Translations under genes and position numbers: made by a program
Part shown: in pieces, positions 30,001-39,669 of the stretch
Numbering within the stretch: the first letter of the stretch is position 1
Layout: each line of letters begins with the position of its first letter
NCBI GenBank assembly: GCA_021298155.1
Contig: JAJTEN010000026.1
Coordinates: 4,297 to 68,296 of the forward strand
DNA: 64,000 nucleotides
DNA from: Sphingobacteriales bacterium
GTDB lineage: Bacteria > Bacteroidota > Bacteroidia > UKL13-3
Direction: 5' to 3'
The notes under the pieces: model-generated
Told to the model about the DNA's origin: nothing
The model's database searches: none
What the model saw: the letters and a program-made list of their open reading frames with translations, nothing else

Positions 30001-30563
30001 GTATTTCCCTCGGGCTGTATGGGATTATTTTCATCACTAATGGCTGCCAATACATCAATTTCATTGTTTAGTTTCCCAGCCAATTGAAGATTCAAATTTG
30101 CATTAACGATGGCATTTTGGGTATTTCCAATACTTAACCCACGCATGATACTTCCGCTTGTTTGTAAACCCTCATTACTTCCAATGGCATTAAAGCCGCT
30201 TTTGCCCACCTCTAACCTAAATGGATTGCGCGTTTCCATAAATTCGGGCTGAATCAGTGTTATACTCTTCCTACTTATTTTACTTGGGAATATATAGGTA
30301 ATGGGTGTATACTGAATAAATAGAATTGTTTTTAGCGGAATCCGAACATTTATAAATGTACTATTGAAATAATTAATTCTAAAATCATCACCTTCTTTAT
30401 ACTGGTTTATTTTTACCGACCCCTTTACCAGAAGTAGGGTATCCAAAACAAAGGTATCTGCCTGCAATATTACCTGCTTATTTACATGTACAGGTGTTGG
30501 TAAAACTTGGGTAAATCCAAGGTTAAAACACAGCAATAAACCAATCAAGAAAGGCCATTTCAT
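27078..30563 (-). CDS. Large uncharacterised outer-membrane protein (1161 aa), probable beta-barrel with SprA-like motifs
   Basis: Signal peptide, many amphipathic strands, C-terminal MEARYLF; contains DYTIDYNTGEIVF. Confidence 0.7.
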   Translation of the reverse strand: MKWPFLIGLLLCFNLGFTQVLPTPVHVNKQVILQADTFVLDTLLLVKGSVKINQYKEGDDFRINYFNSTFINVRIPLKTILFIQYTPITYIFPSKISRKSITLIQPEFMETRNPFRLEVGKSGFNAIGSNEGLQTSGSIMRGLSIGNTQNAIVNANLNLQLAGKLNNEIDVLAAISDENNPIQPEGNTQELQDFDQVFVQFSKQNKKLIVGDYLMTKPESAYFLNYYKKSRGLASYNSFLLPSKNVLQVNAQAALSRGRFVRNIIQGQEGNQGPYRLQGSNGELFIIIISGTESVYLDGQKLTRGEQNDYTIDYNTGEIVFMPKRLITQFSRIIVEFQYSDRNFARTVLGFNTEWKSKKASIYFNYFTEQDNKNQPFQQNLSDSNKLVLASVGDKLQDAKIPSEVPVKDFNAQTILYRKVDTLGYTGVYFHAKEKGTDSVFYELRFSFVGNNKGNYKQGASASNGRVFIWVEPINGLPQGDFEPVIQLIAPNQQQMLSAGAIYNWKPKQLIKVEVAKSIFNKNLFSEFDKQNDAGYAFQLQANNEIPLGKKGARIQSEFNYEYTTAQFKYIERYRNVEFNRIWNRQLTNMSESENGNNEHILSALVKYKTQENGFIHYQIAYYNRNFNFFTGLNQILSSDLINKKNRLQAQFEQLFGQQQALQTLQSYASKVNNLQLTYTRNSTFCNVGFSLVNEKSAFKRSNDSLLSGSFAYQKYTVFLRSKDSSSLRYYAEINIRFDQLPYQQIFQQKSMAKEAKIGLDVFQKNFNKLNVDLSFREFQWLDTARQMLQPERVLLSRFTYDYAFFKRLITANTYVQLGSGNELRRDYQFIEVPVGQGLYIWKDFNEDGLQQINEFQLASFADKNLANYVKVFLPTTSLISVQSTQFSQTLNINGFNAKTYRGFKGFLNKFSNQAALRIERKLTTSDFNPLANALSWNWNDTSIVSLSSFIRNTLFFNRNNPKYGLDFAYVKQRTKAFQTNGFESRDKVDYTIGGRYAFNGNWTLNGAYTLGEKRNASAFFSNTDFRYTYTEYKPKLSYQFEQIWRLSIDYTYQKSFNLPELGGEESAIQQAGLELRYSFIKIGVITAKYSFFDVQYAGNLNSVLAYDMLQGLSRGNNQLMNVQLQQRIGQYLQINITYEGRKSGEIPFIHTGKMEARYLF

Positions 30564-33500
30564 TCCGCTTCTTTTAACGGTATTCTAACTAGAAAAGTTG
30601 TGCCTACCCCAAGTAAACTAGAAAAAGTTATATCGCCACCGCCACTTTCTATCATACTTTTCACAATAGGCAAACCCAGGCCCATTCCAATTACCTTGGT
30701 ACTAAAGTAAGGCATAAAAATATTGGCCTTTTGCTCCTCATCAATCCCACAGCCATTGTCTTTCACCTCAAAACACAAATAGCCGTCTTTCGAATAAACC
30801 TGTATTAAAACCTCACCTTCCCTATCTTCTGGGATAGATTGACAGGCATTCTTAATTAAATTGGTTAGGGTTCGATTTAGGTAACTCAAATCATACCAAA
30901 GCGTGGTAAATTCATTACAGGTATAGCTAATTTTACCTGTAAAACTCTCTTGTTGCAGGTAAACTAACTCTTCTAATAAATCTTTTACATGGATCTGTTC
31001 ATAGCGAGGTATTGGCATTTTGGCGTAACTACTAAACTCTGTTGCCAAATCACTTAAGGTATCAATTTGCGTAATTAGGGTGCGTGTAACACGCTTAAAT
31101 GTTTCGGGCAATTTAGGAGATTGATCATTCCATGCACGTTCTAAATGCTGCACGCTAAGTTTCATTGGCGTGAGTGGATTCTTTATTTCATGTGCAATTT
31201 GCCGTGCAATATCCCTCCAAGCACCCTCACGCTCACTAATAGCTAACTTTTCAGCACTTTCGGCTAACTGATCAATCATTAGATTATACTGTTTTATGAG
31301 TTCACCAATCTCATCATTTCTGTTCCAAAGAATGGGTTCATTTTGCTTACCGAATGTAATTTTAGCCATTTGTTTTTGAACCAACATGAGTGGATAAGAA
31401 ATATTTCTTGAAACCACCCAAGCAATTAATCCAATACTTATAAAAAGTAGCGCATACAGGTTGATAAAACCAATGATAATACTTGATATTTCAGAGTTTA
31501 AATCTAGGTTTTGATAAAAATTGGGTAATTGTACATACCCTAATAACGACCTATTCTTACCGAAAACAGGCACATATGCACCCGTATATGTAAATGTAGC
31601 GATAGCTTCTCTTTGTACAATCTGAGATTCACGCAAATTATGTAAATGATAATAGGCTTGAGCGTCCATCAAAGGGGCCACAATTCCCTCGGTATATACC
31701 TTTTTAATGGTAGAACTTAACATTTCTCCATTAACATTAAAGAAGGTAATATCGGTATTATAAAAATCAGCTATTTGATTGATACTGGCTTCCGCGTCTG
31801 CTTGTTGATTATTAAAATTAATTTCCTGGCTCTCATTTTCAATCGCACTGACCACACTTTTCAATTTTTTTACCAATTTCTCCTCCTGCCTAATGGCATT
31901 TTGTTTGCTTATAAAATTTATGGTAAAATAAGCAGTGCTACCTAAGGTTAGAAAAACGATTAAAACAATTCCTAATTGAATCCGTGTTCTGATTAAAGAC
32001 AAATTAGCATCTTTAATTGAAAGAACATCATTAAGCTGTGTCTGAACCCATAACCCAAAAGGGTGATGTTTAATAAAATGTAGGTTAAGCCATCTATTGT
32101 TAAAAATTGTATATATAAAAACAAATAGAATAAGTATAAAGGTAAAAAATACAAAGGAAAGTGAAAACAATCCTAGGGGTTCATACCAGGCAGCCAGTTT
32201 AATACTAACCACTACATACAATTGATCATTTTCTTTGAATAATAGATGACTGTAACCATTTTCTTCAAAAAGTCCACTTTTCCCTATAATGTCATCAAAT
32301 GTAAAAGTTGTTCTATAAGCATATTCACCGCTCTGGCTTAGCAAACGCATGTCTCGATATAAGGCAAAAGAGTAATTCTTATTTTTATTGGTATTGGTTC
32401 TAAACCCATCAATTAACAATTCATCAAATCGGGTTTCGTCTTGAACCAATTTAGGCTGGAGGTGAATAAAAAAATAACCTAAAATACCTTGATTATCCTT
32501 TACAATAAATTTCCCTAAGTACCCTTTTAAATAGGCGTTATTCTTAAGAAATTTAAAGTATTGATTCATGGTATTACTACCTAAATTTTTATAGATATAA
32601 TCTACCTGCCTATAATTATAAATATTACGTGTGACATAGTGCGATTTATTGGCATCAAAATCATACACTGTAATATCATATTTACTCATATAACCAGAAA
32701 AATATAATTGCCGTAATCTTTTAACCAATTGCGATTTATACGCAATGGGATTATTAAAATAGCTTGATAGAATTGGCTCAGCAATTATTTTTTTTTCAAT
32801 ATCTTCTAAAAAATATTCGGCATTAACATCGTTCTGACTTACCAATTTAGCTGCATAAAGAAAACGACTCTCCTCTTCCTCTATTGCGCTGTAGTGATAA
32901 ATACTTATAGAGCTAATGCTGCTCAACAGAATTACAAACACAAAATACCTTTGAAATCTTTTTAATCTTGGAACCAAGAACCTTTGATATAAAAAGAAAA
33001 CGCCAAGTAAAATGCTACTGGTAACTGTATAAGAGCTATTTCTTTCAAACAAAGTTACTACCAGAAAAGGATGCAAGAAGAAGAAGACCAAACAAACAAT
33101 TAAGAATTTCTCATAAAACAATAAGGTATTATTTAATAGTAAATAGTACCATTTCTTGAATAATTGAAAGCTTAGGATAAGCAACATAAAAGCGAGCAGA
33201 ATGCCTAGTAAAGTATATTCATTGATGCTATAAATATTTTTCACATCAAATGAAATTTGGGAATCAAACACCAAACTTTTAATGCTATCAAAACAGGCAT
33301 CAGCTAAAACTATGCTAATCCAAGAAATAAAAGCCAATTGAAGCCAAAGGGTGAGTTTAGAGAATTTTACTTGAATGGCTATTTGCTTAATCAAGATAAA
33401 ATACCAAAGCAAAAGTGCCACTGATACAATAAAATCGCCAAGAGATGGATTGTATATAGAAGAGGCGTATATTTCTGGACCAAATAGCTTTTGATTATAA

Positions 33501-34276
33501 ATAAACAAAGGCAGCTTATTAATGAGTAAAAGCCAGCGCGCTATTTGAGAGCCACCAATAAAAAAAACACTTCCCAGAAAGAAATGCCTTCTAATTATTT
33601 CTTTACTCAATAAATGAAACGACCATAAGCAAAAAAGCAAGCTTAATACAAGCAGTAACCGCAACCAGTTGGGTGTAATTTTAGGGAAGCCAAATATTTG
33701 AATGGAACACAAATAATTCCCTTTTCTATCAAATAAATCTTGAAAATCTGCAATAGGTGAAGGACTAAATAAGGCTGAACCTAAAAAACTCAAATCACTA
33801 TTAATATGATTCTGTATGTATTGATTTTGAAATTGGTAGTTGGTTTTTAATTGGTAAAAAACAGCAACCTTGTATGAATTTTGCTGTAAAAAGCTCACCA
33901 AAAATGATCCATTATTCGTATTAAGGTAAAAGAAACCTGGTTTTAATGCTTGTAAGTATTTTATGGAATTAATGGTATTATCTGTCCAAAATACCAAGGT
34001 ATCTTGCTTAAACAAATGGATAATAACTTTTTGCTTATTGGCTAAGGCTAAATAATCTGTCCATTTTCGCGAAATAAGCGAAGTATCTTGCAATACCTGG
34101 TATAATAAGTCTTTACATTCTGCCTCTTTATCTAAAATTACTTGTTGGATATGCTCATAATTGTTTTGTGCTTGCAACTGAGTATCCTGCAAAATGCCAG
34201 ATTCTGTGCCCAAGAGCGACATAAAAATAACCAAGCTAATGCTGAGCCATACAATATATTTAATGGTATTATTCAA
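30560..34276 (-). CDS. NtrY-like membrane sensor histidine kinase (HAMP, HisKA, HATPase) with a large multi-TM N-terminus
   Basis: NDEIGEL (HAMP), AWRDIARQIAHEIKNPLTPM (H-box), NLIKNA, DNGCG, GMGLGL. Confidence 0.9.
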   Translation of the reverse strand: MNNTIKYIVWLSISLVIFMSLLGTESGILQDTQLQAQNNYEHIQQVILDKEAECKDLLYQVLQDTSLISRKWTDYLALANKQKVIIHLFKQDTLVFWTDNTINSIKYLQALKPGFFYLNTNNGSFLVSFLQQNSYKVAVFYQLKTNYQFQNQYIQNHINSDLSFLGSALFSPSPIADFQDLFDRKGNYLCSIQIFGFPKITPNWLRLLLVLSLLFCLWSFHLLSKEIIRRHFFLGSVFFIGGSQIARWLLLINKLPLFIYNQKLFGPEIYASSIYNPSLGDFIVSVALLLWYFILIKQIAIQVKFSKLTLWLQLAFISWISIVLADACFDSIKSLVFDSQISFDVKNIYSINEYTLLGILLAFMLLILSFQLFKKWYYLLLNNTLLFYEKFLIVCLVFFFLHPFLVVTLFERNSSYTVTSSILLGVFFLYQRFLVPRLKRFQRYFVFVILLSSISSISIYHYSAIEEEESRFLYAAKLVSQNDVNAEYFLEDIEKKIIAEPILSSYFNNPIAYKSQLVKRLRQLYFSGYMSKYDITVYDFDANKSHYVTRNIYNYRQVDYIYKNLGSNTMNQYFKFLKNNAYLKGYLGKFIVKDNQGILGYFFIHLQPKLVQDETRFDELLIDGFRTNTNKNKNYSFALYRDMRLLSQSGEYAYRTTFTFDDIIGKSGLFEENGYSHLLFKENDQLYVVVSIKLAAWYEPLGLFSLSFVFFTFILILFVFIYTIFNNRWLNLHFIKHHPFGLWVQTQLNDVLSIKDANLSLIRTRIQLGIVLIVFLTLGSTAYFTINFISKQNAIRQEEKLVKKLKSVVSAIENESQEINFNNQQADAEASINQIADFYNTDITFFNVNGEMLSSTIKKVYTEGIVAPLMDAQAYYHLHNLRESQIVQREAIATFTYTGAYVPVFGKNRSLLGYVQLPNFYQNLDLNSEISSIIIGFINLYALLFISIGLIAWVVSRNISYPLMLVQKQMAKITFGKQNEPILWNRNDEIGELIKQYNLMIDQLAESAEKLAISEREGAWRDIARQIAHEIKNPLTPMKLSVQHLERAWNDQSPKLPETFKRVTRTLITQIDTLSDLATEFSSYAKMPIPRYEQIHVKDLLEELVYLQQESFTGKISYTCNEFTTLWYDLSYLNRTLTNLIKNACQSIPEDREGEVLIQVYSKDGYLCFEVKDNGCGIDEEQKANIFMPYFSTKVIGMGLGLPIVKSMIESGGGDITFSSLLGVGTTFLVRIPLKEAE

Positions 34277-34307
34277 GAGTTAGCGGTTATTTTATTGTGT
34301 ATACAAA

Positions 34308-35276
34308 CTATCGCCAAGTTTCTTTTTCAAGGTAATTAGATACATAATCTTTTACCCCATCTTCAATGCTCGTAAAATCTGTGCGATATCCAATTTGCCT
34401 TAACTTATCCATAGTGGCTTCAGTAAAATATTGATACGAATCTCTGATATCTGCCGGAATAGGTATGTAATTTATTTTTACCGGCTTGTCTAGGGCCGTA
34501 AATAAGGCATGTGCCAGATCGTTCCATGTTCTGGCCTTGCCTGAACCGAGATTATAAATTCCACTATTTTTTCTATGGTGCATTAAAAACAAACAAACCT
34601 CACATAAATCTTTTACATAAATAAAATCGCGCATTTGAGCACCATGTGCATAATCTTGGCGATGCGATTGAAACAAATTCACTTCACCTGTTTGTTTAAT
34701 TTGATGATAAGCATGAAACACAACACTTGCCATGCGGGCTTTGTGGTACTCATTCGGACCATACACATTGAAGAATTTTAGTCCCGCCCAAAAAGAGGGT
34801 TTATGCGCTTGGGTTAAAACCCATTTGTCAAAATCATTTTTGGATCTGCCATATGGATTAAGTGGCTTTAACTCATCTAATGCCGACTCATCATCTTGGT
34901 AGCCAAACTCACCTGCGCCATACGTAGCTGCGCTTGATGCGTATACAAAAGGAATTCCCTCCATAGCACATTTCGTAAACAACTCTTGGCTGAACCGAAG
35001 ATTTAATTCTTTGAAGATTGCTTCATCTTTTTCAGTTGTATCTGTTTTAGCACCTATGTGAAAAACAAATTGAACTTCATGCGCATTGTTGTCCATCCAA
35101 GAAAAAAAATCAGTTCTATTGATTTTCGCCTTGAATTTTTTACCCAATAAATTAAGAGACCTTTGAGGTAATTGATTAAAATCGTCTACTAAAATCAAAT
35201 CATAATATTGATGGTTATTGAGTAATGCTACCAAGCAACTACCAATAAACCCCTCAGCTCCTGTTACAACAATCAT
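34308..35276 (-). CDS. rfaD: ADP-L-glycero-D-manno-heptose 6-epimerase
   Basis: TGAEGFIGS, YASSAATYG, PLNPYGRSK, FFNVYGPNEYHK, MASV, RDFIYVKD, YQYFTEA; TACTTTCG -7-like element at 35294-35301. Confidence 0.92.
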   Translation of the reverse strand: MIVVTGAEGFIGSCLVALLNNHQYYDLILVDDFNQLPQRSLNLLGKKFKAKINRTDFFSWMDNNAHEVQFVFHIGAKTDTTEKDEAIFKELNLRFSQELFTKCAMEGIPFVYASSAATYGAGEFGYQDDESALDELKPLNPYGRSKNDFDKWVLTQAHKPSFWAGLKFFNVYGPNEYHKARMASVVFHAYHQIKQTGEVNLFQSHRQDYAHGAQMRDFIYVKDLCEVCLFLMHHRKNSGIYNLGSGKARTWNDLAHALFTALDKPVKINYIPIPADIRDSYQYFTEATMDKLRQIGYRTDFTSIEDGVKDYVSNYLEKETWR

Positions 35277-35351
35277 ACTTTTTGATAAAAAAACGAAAGT
35301 ACAAAAACAGAGAGAGAAAGCGAAATGAAAACCGAGCTAAGAATTTTATTT

Positions 35352-35777
35352 TTACTCGCCGTAGTATTCTACAAAATTATTTTCTGTTTCAATAAGTTTT
35401 ATGCAATGTAATTGACCATTTTCGATTTGAGGGGCAATTATATCCCAAACCGCCACCACTATATTTTCAATAGAAGGCATCATGTGCTGCAAGAAAGGCA
35501 CATCTTCATTCAGATTTTTATGGTCGAGCTGTTCAGTAACAGAATCTTTAATGATGGTTTTGAGCTTTTTTAAATCCATTACCATACCTGTTTCAGGATT
35601 GGCAATACCTTTTATGGTAACAAATAGTTCAAAATTGTGACCATGGAAATACTTATTGGCACATTTCCCAAAGAAAGCCTCATTATCGGCTTCCGACCAG
35701 TTTTTATTGTATAATTTATGAGCAGCATTAAAACGCTCTCTTCTGGTAATATAAACTATTTTTTGTTTTTCAGCCAT
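35352..35777 (-). CDS. queD: 6-carboxytetrahydropterin synthase / PTPS family
   Basis: FNAAHKL, GKCANKYFHGHN, TGMVMDL, LDHKNLN, ETENN; TATATTTG -7 element at 35800-35807. Confidence 0.85.
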   Translation of the reverse strand: MAEKQKIVYITRRERFNAAHKLYNKNWSEADNEAFFGKCANKYFHGHNFELFVTIKGIANPETGMVMDLKKLKTIIKDSVTEQLDHKNLNEDVPFLQHMMPSIENIVVAVWDIIAPQIENGQLHCIKLIETENNFVEYYGE

Positions 35778-35852
35778 GTAGCTCTCCAAAATTCGCCCGC
35801 AAATATATCCAAATTAAGTATTATAAAACAACTATTTTGGTTCAAACAGCCC

Positions 35853-36770
35853 CTAAAAGTCTATATTGGTATGCATTAAAATATTGGGCTCGTAACATAT
35901 TTCCTCGATTGCCGGCAAGCGATCAATCATATCTAAAGATTTTAAATCATTCAGAATAGAGAGCAATTGAATTTCATCTATTTCCTCTGAGTAGGCATAT
36001 TCCAACTCAGTAAACCATTGTTTGGCATCATCAAGTTTTAATTGATAGCGCCAAGCAACCATATTTGTTGCTTCTTCCTGCTGAAATTTCAGTTCATAAC
36101 AGCTTTTGTTCACAATCTCTAAAACCGACTTCAATAAGGCGGGTTCTTGGGCAATAAATTGATTACTCGCCACCACCGCAAAACAAGGCCAAGGAGTCTT
36201 GCATTCACCCAAAAATCTGAATTCACCACTATCCACTAAAGGTTTACTTGTATATTTTTCCCACATAAAAACCTGTGCCTCATTTAAAGCCAGTGCTTTT
36301 CTTGCGCCTACTAAATTTCCAACTGGTAAAAAATCTTTGGAATGGTCTATTTGAATTCCCAGATTTCTGGCATTAACGAGCGACATTAAGTGCGAACCAG
36401 AGCCAAATCTGCTAATCGCATAAATTGCACCTTTAATATCGTTTAAAGAATTAATAGCACTATTAACCCCTGTATAAATGCCCCAACGAAGTGGAGAATT
36501 AACGTAGAATTGAACAATTTTACTTGGATTACCACGGAGAATATCAGCAATAATGCCTTCTGTTAGCGCAATGGCCATATCCAGTTCACCTGCTCTCAGC
36601 GCATTGCACATGGCTCCTGTTCCACCCGGTACATCATGCCACTCAATTTCGATTCCTTTGCGAGAGAATAAGCCATTTTCATTAGCTAAGTGCCATGCCA
36701 AGTTAAAATGCTCGGGCACGCCACCAACTCGAACTTTCTTTTTCATGCTAATTTGTTCTAGTAAATCCAT
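35853..36770 (-). CDS. SsuA/THI5-like (Ca3427-type) substrate-binding-fold protein with no signal peptide
   Basis: GGVPEHFN, PGGTGAM, ALTEG, SPLRWG, SRFGSGSH, FMWEKYT, TPWPCF; alternative start at 36746. Confidence 0.8.
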   Translation of the reverse strand: MDLLEQISMKKKVRVGGVPEHFNLAWHLANENGLFSRKGIEIEWHDVPGGTGAMCNALRAGELDMAIALTEGIIADILRGNPSKIVQFYVNSPLRWGIYTGVNSAINSLNDIKGAIYAISRFGSGSHLMSLVNARNLGIQIDHSKDFLPVGNLVGARKALALNEAQVFMWEKYTSKPLVDSGEFRFLGECKTPWPCFAVVASNQFIAQEPALLKSVLEIVNKSCYELKFQQEEATNMVAWRYQLKLDDAKQWFTELEYAYSEEIDEIQLLSILNDLKSLDMIDRLPAIEEICYEPNILMHTNIDF

Positions 36771-36869
36771 AAAACATGATTCTACCTGTATCTAACACGT
36801 ATAACAAGAAATTGATTTTAACAACTATATCAATCTACAATAATGTCAATAATATCAGGTAAATTTACA

Positions 36870-37859
36870 CTATTCCGATTTTAAACCACCAGAATCCTCC
36901 AAGAAGATGATTCTATTTTCTTCATTTACCGTAATTTTCTTCTTTTTAGCTTGGGTTAAAGCACGCTCAATCGCTACGTTAATATCATAACCCAGCAGGA
37001 GTATAAAGGTATTAATATAAATCAACATCAATACAACCAGCAGGGCACCAATAGATCCATACAATTTATTGTAAGAATTAAAATGGTTTATATATTGAGA
37101 AAAACCGTAGGTGGTTAATAATATTATGATGGTTGCACTAATGGCTCCAACACTAAAAAAATTCAATTTACGGTGCCGTGCAGGGGCATAATAATAGATA
37201 GCGCTCACAATACCCAACACAATAAATCCAGCTACCAAAATGTTAAATCCTGCAATTAAGGTTGGGATAGTAGATCCGGGGAAATATTTCACTTTTTCCA
37301 AATACGAAATAAGCACAGTTCCTACAGTAACCATTAATACCGAAACCAAAATCAAAACAGTAATAAACAAAGACAATCCAATGGCTAATAACCTTTGTTT
37401 CCAAAACGGACGAGTTTCATTTTCATAGGTAAATTTATTGAGTAGGTCCATTAAATTATGAAAGCCGCTAGTAGAGAAATACAAAGCCGATAAAAAACCC
37501 ACAGAGAGTAAACCACTGCGCTGATTTTTCAAAATATCTGCTAAGGTTTCTTTAATGGTTTCGAAAGTACTTGGTGGAATGGCTTGTGCAATAAAAAATA
37601 AAATTTCATCAGGCTTATATTTGAGAGGCAAATAGGCAATGAGCGTAAAGAAGAAAATAACCGTAGGAAACAGCGCTAAAAAAAAATTAAATGCCAGTGC
37701 AGAGGCGCGCAAATTCAGTTCACTCTTGCCCATATTTCTCACAAAAAACTCAATCACTGCATATAACGACACCTCTCTAGTTCCGGGCATACTAATAGAA
37801 GAAGCCTTATTAACAAGCCACTTTATTGGTTTTTGCAGAAGTGCTTTCCTTACAATCAT
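36870..37859 (-). CDS. YihY/BrkB family membrane protein
   Basis: RASALAFNFFLALFP, YNKLYGSIG. Confidence 0.9.
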   Translation of the reverse strand: MIVRKALLQKPIKWLVNKASSISMPGTREVSLYAVIEFFVRNMGKSELNLRASALAFNFFLALFPTVIFFFTLIAYLPLKYKPDEILFFIAQAIPPSTFETIKETLADILKNQRSGLLSVGFLSALYFSTSGFHNLMDLLNKFTYENETRPFWKQRLLAIGLSLFITVLILVSVLMVTVGTVLISYLEKVKYFPGSTIPTLIAGFNILVAGFIVLGIVSAIYYYAPARHRKLNFFSVGAISATIIILLTTYGFSQYINHFNSYNKLYGSIGALLVVLMLIYINTFILLLGYDINVAIERALTQAKKKKITVNEENRIIFLEDSGGLKSE

Positions 37860-37866
37860 CAAATAA

Positions 37867-38274
37867 TTAATTAAAATATGCTGCCAAGGCATCCATTAAA
37901 TGGGCAGGCGCTTGGCAAGGTCGTTGTGTTTTCATATTAATACAAACCAATACTGTTTCACCTTGGTTCAGCAATACGCCCTCTTCATTATATATCTCAT
38001 AGAGAAACTCAATGCGAATTCCCGGCAATTTTTTAATAATCGTTTTGATGGTCAGTAAATCATCATAATAGGCGGGCTTAATGTATTTACAAGATAAATG
38101 CAATACAGGCATCATAATACCCTGCTCTTCAAACATTTTATAACTGAGGTTTACCTGTCGCAATGCCTCTACCCTTGCAACCTCATAGTATTGCGCATAA
38201 TTGCCATAATACACATAACCCATTTGGTCTGTTTCAGCATATCGTACGCGAATTTTTGTTTCTGAAACGAACAT
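37867..38274 (-). CDS. YbgC/FadM-family acyl-CoA thioesterase
   Basis: RVRYAETDQMGYVYYGNY. Confidence 0.92.
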   Translation of the reverse strand: MFVSETKIRVRYAETDQMGYVYYGNYAQYYEVARVEALRQVNLSYKMFEEQGIMMPVLHLSCKYIKPAYYDDLLTIKTIIKKLPGIRIEFLYEIYNEEGVLLNQGETVLVCINMKTQRPCQAPAHLMDALAAYFN

Positions 38275-38276
38275 AA

Positions 38277-39467
38277 TTAATCTAATGCCATGTTTGCAAT
38301 TGTTAAACCAATACTTAAACTCGAGGTTGCAGCTGGTGAAGGGGCATTTAAAATATGAATAGCCCTATTCCCCTCAATAATTTTGAAATCATCGATCAAT
38401 CCTCCAAATTTATCGCATGCCTGAGCCCTAACTCCAGCTTCAGCTGGTATTAAATCATCTTCTTGTACTTCAGGAATAAGTTTTTGAAGAGCTTTTGTAA
38501 AAGCCTGTTTAGAAAATGACCTATGAAATTCACCCAAACCAGTTTTCCAATATTTAGCCATCACCTTTCTAAATCCTGGCCAAGCCAGAGATTCAAACAT
38601 TTCTTCTAAATCTATATCCGACATTGAATACCCTTCTCTTTTGAATGCAAAAACAGCATTCGGACCAGCCTCTACGCCCCCATTAATCATTCGGGTAAAA
38701 TGTACACCCAAGAATGGAAAATTTGGATCAGGAACAGGATAAATTAAATGTTTAACCAAATAACGTTTCTCAGGCTTCAACATATAATATTCTCCACGAA
38801 ATGGAATAATGCGTGTATCTATATTTTTTTGAGATAATTCGGCAACTTTATCACTGTATAAACCGGCACAATTTATATACCTTTCAGTTGTAAATGTGTT
38901 TTGGGCACACTGCACATGCACAGCATCATCTGTTACATCAATCTGCTCAACCTTGTGATTTGTTAAAATTACAGCACCCATTGATTGAACCAATTCAGCT
39001 AATTTCTCGCACACAGCAGTATAATCAATAATACCAGTGTAAGGGACTTTTATGCCCGCTACAATATTTAAATGCGGTTCAATCTCTTTGGCCTCTTCTT
39101 TGGTAATTTTAGTTATCTTATCAAGGCCATTTTCTAAACCACGCTGATATAACTTTTCTAATTCTTCTAGTTCACTTTCATCTGTAGCAACTACCAATTT
39201 ACCACACAACTCATATGGAATTTGATAGGTATCACAAAACGCTAATAATAGCTGATAACCGAGAATACAATTTTTAGCCTTTAAACTACCCGGTTTATAA
39301 TACAAACCACTATGGATAACACCACTATTGTGCCCAGTTTGATGCGCAGCAACATGAGATTCCTTTTCCAAGATTAACAACTTAAGATCTGGCTGCTTCT
39401 GAAGCATTTGATAGGCTGTTGCTAAACCAACAATACCACCGCCAATAATTGTATATTGATATGTCAT
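38277..39467 (-). CDS. lhgO: L-2-hydroxyglutarate oxidase
   Basis: IIGGGIVG, HQTGHNSGVIHSGLYY, YPVPDPNFPFLGVH, GVRAQA, NAPSPAATSS; start at ATG 39467 supported by TAnnTTTG elements at 39479-39486 and 39507-39514. Confidence 0.93.
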   Translation of the reverse strand: MTYQYTIIGGGIVGLATAYQMLQKQPDLKLLILEKESHVAAHQTGHNSGVIHSGLYYKPGSLKAKNCILGYQLLLAFCDTYQIPYELCGKLVVATDESELEELEKLYQRGLENGLDKITKITKEEAKEIEPHLNIVAGIKVPYTGIIDYTAVCEKLAELVQSMGAVILTNHKVEQIDVTDDAVHVQCAQNTFTTERYINCAGLYSDKVAELSQKNIDTRIIPFRGEYYMLKPEKRYLVKHLIYPVPDPNFPFLGVHFTRMINGGVEAGPNAVFAFKREGYSMSDIDLEEMFESLAWPGFRKVMAKYWKTGLGEFHRSFSKQAFTKALQKLIPEVQEDDLIPAEAGVRAQACDKFGGLIDDFKIIEGNRAIHILNAPSPAATSSLSIGLTIANMALD

Positions 39468-39669
39468 AAATTCATGTACAAAGGTAGCTTTCTCTAAAGG
39501 GGAGTGCAAAGATATGAACAAGATGATTAATTGCAAGTAATTTCTAAAATAAATACGCCAAACATACTACTAATACTCATAATCAAAGAATTAAAATATC
39601 AAATGAGTAGTACGAAAACAGAGGCAAAACAAATTAGGATATGGCTGTAAGAACTGAAACCCAAATGAC

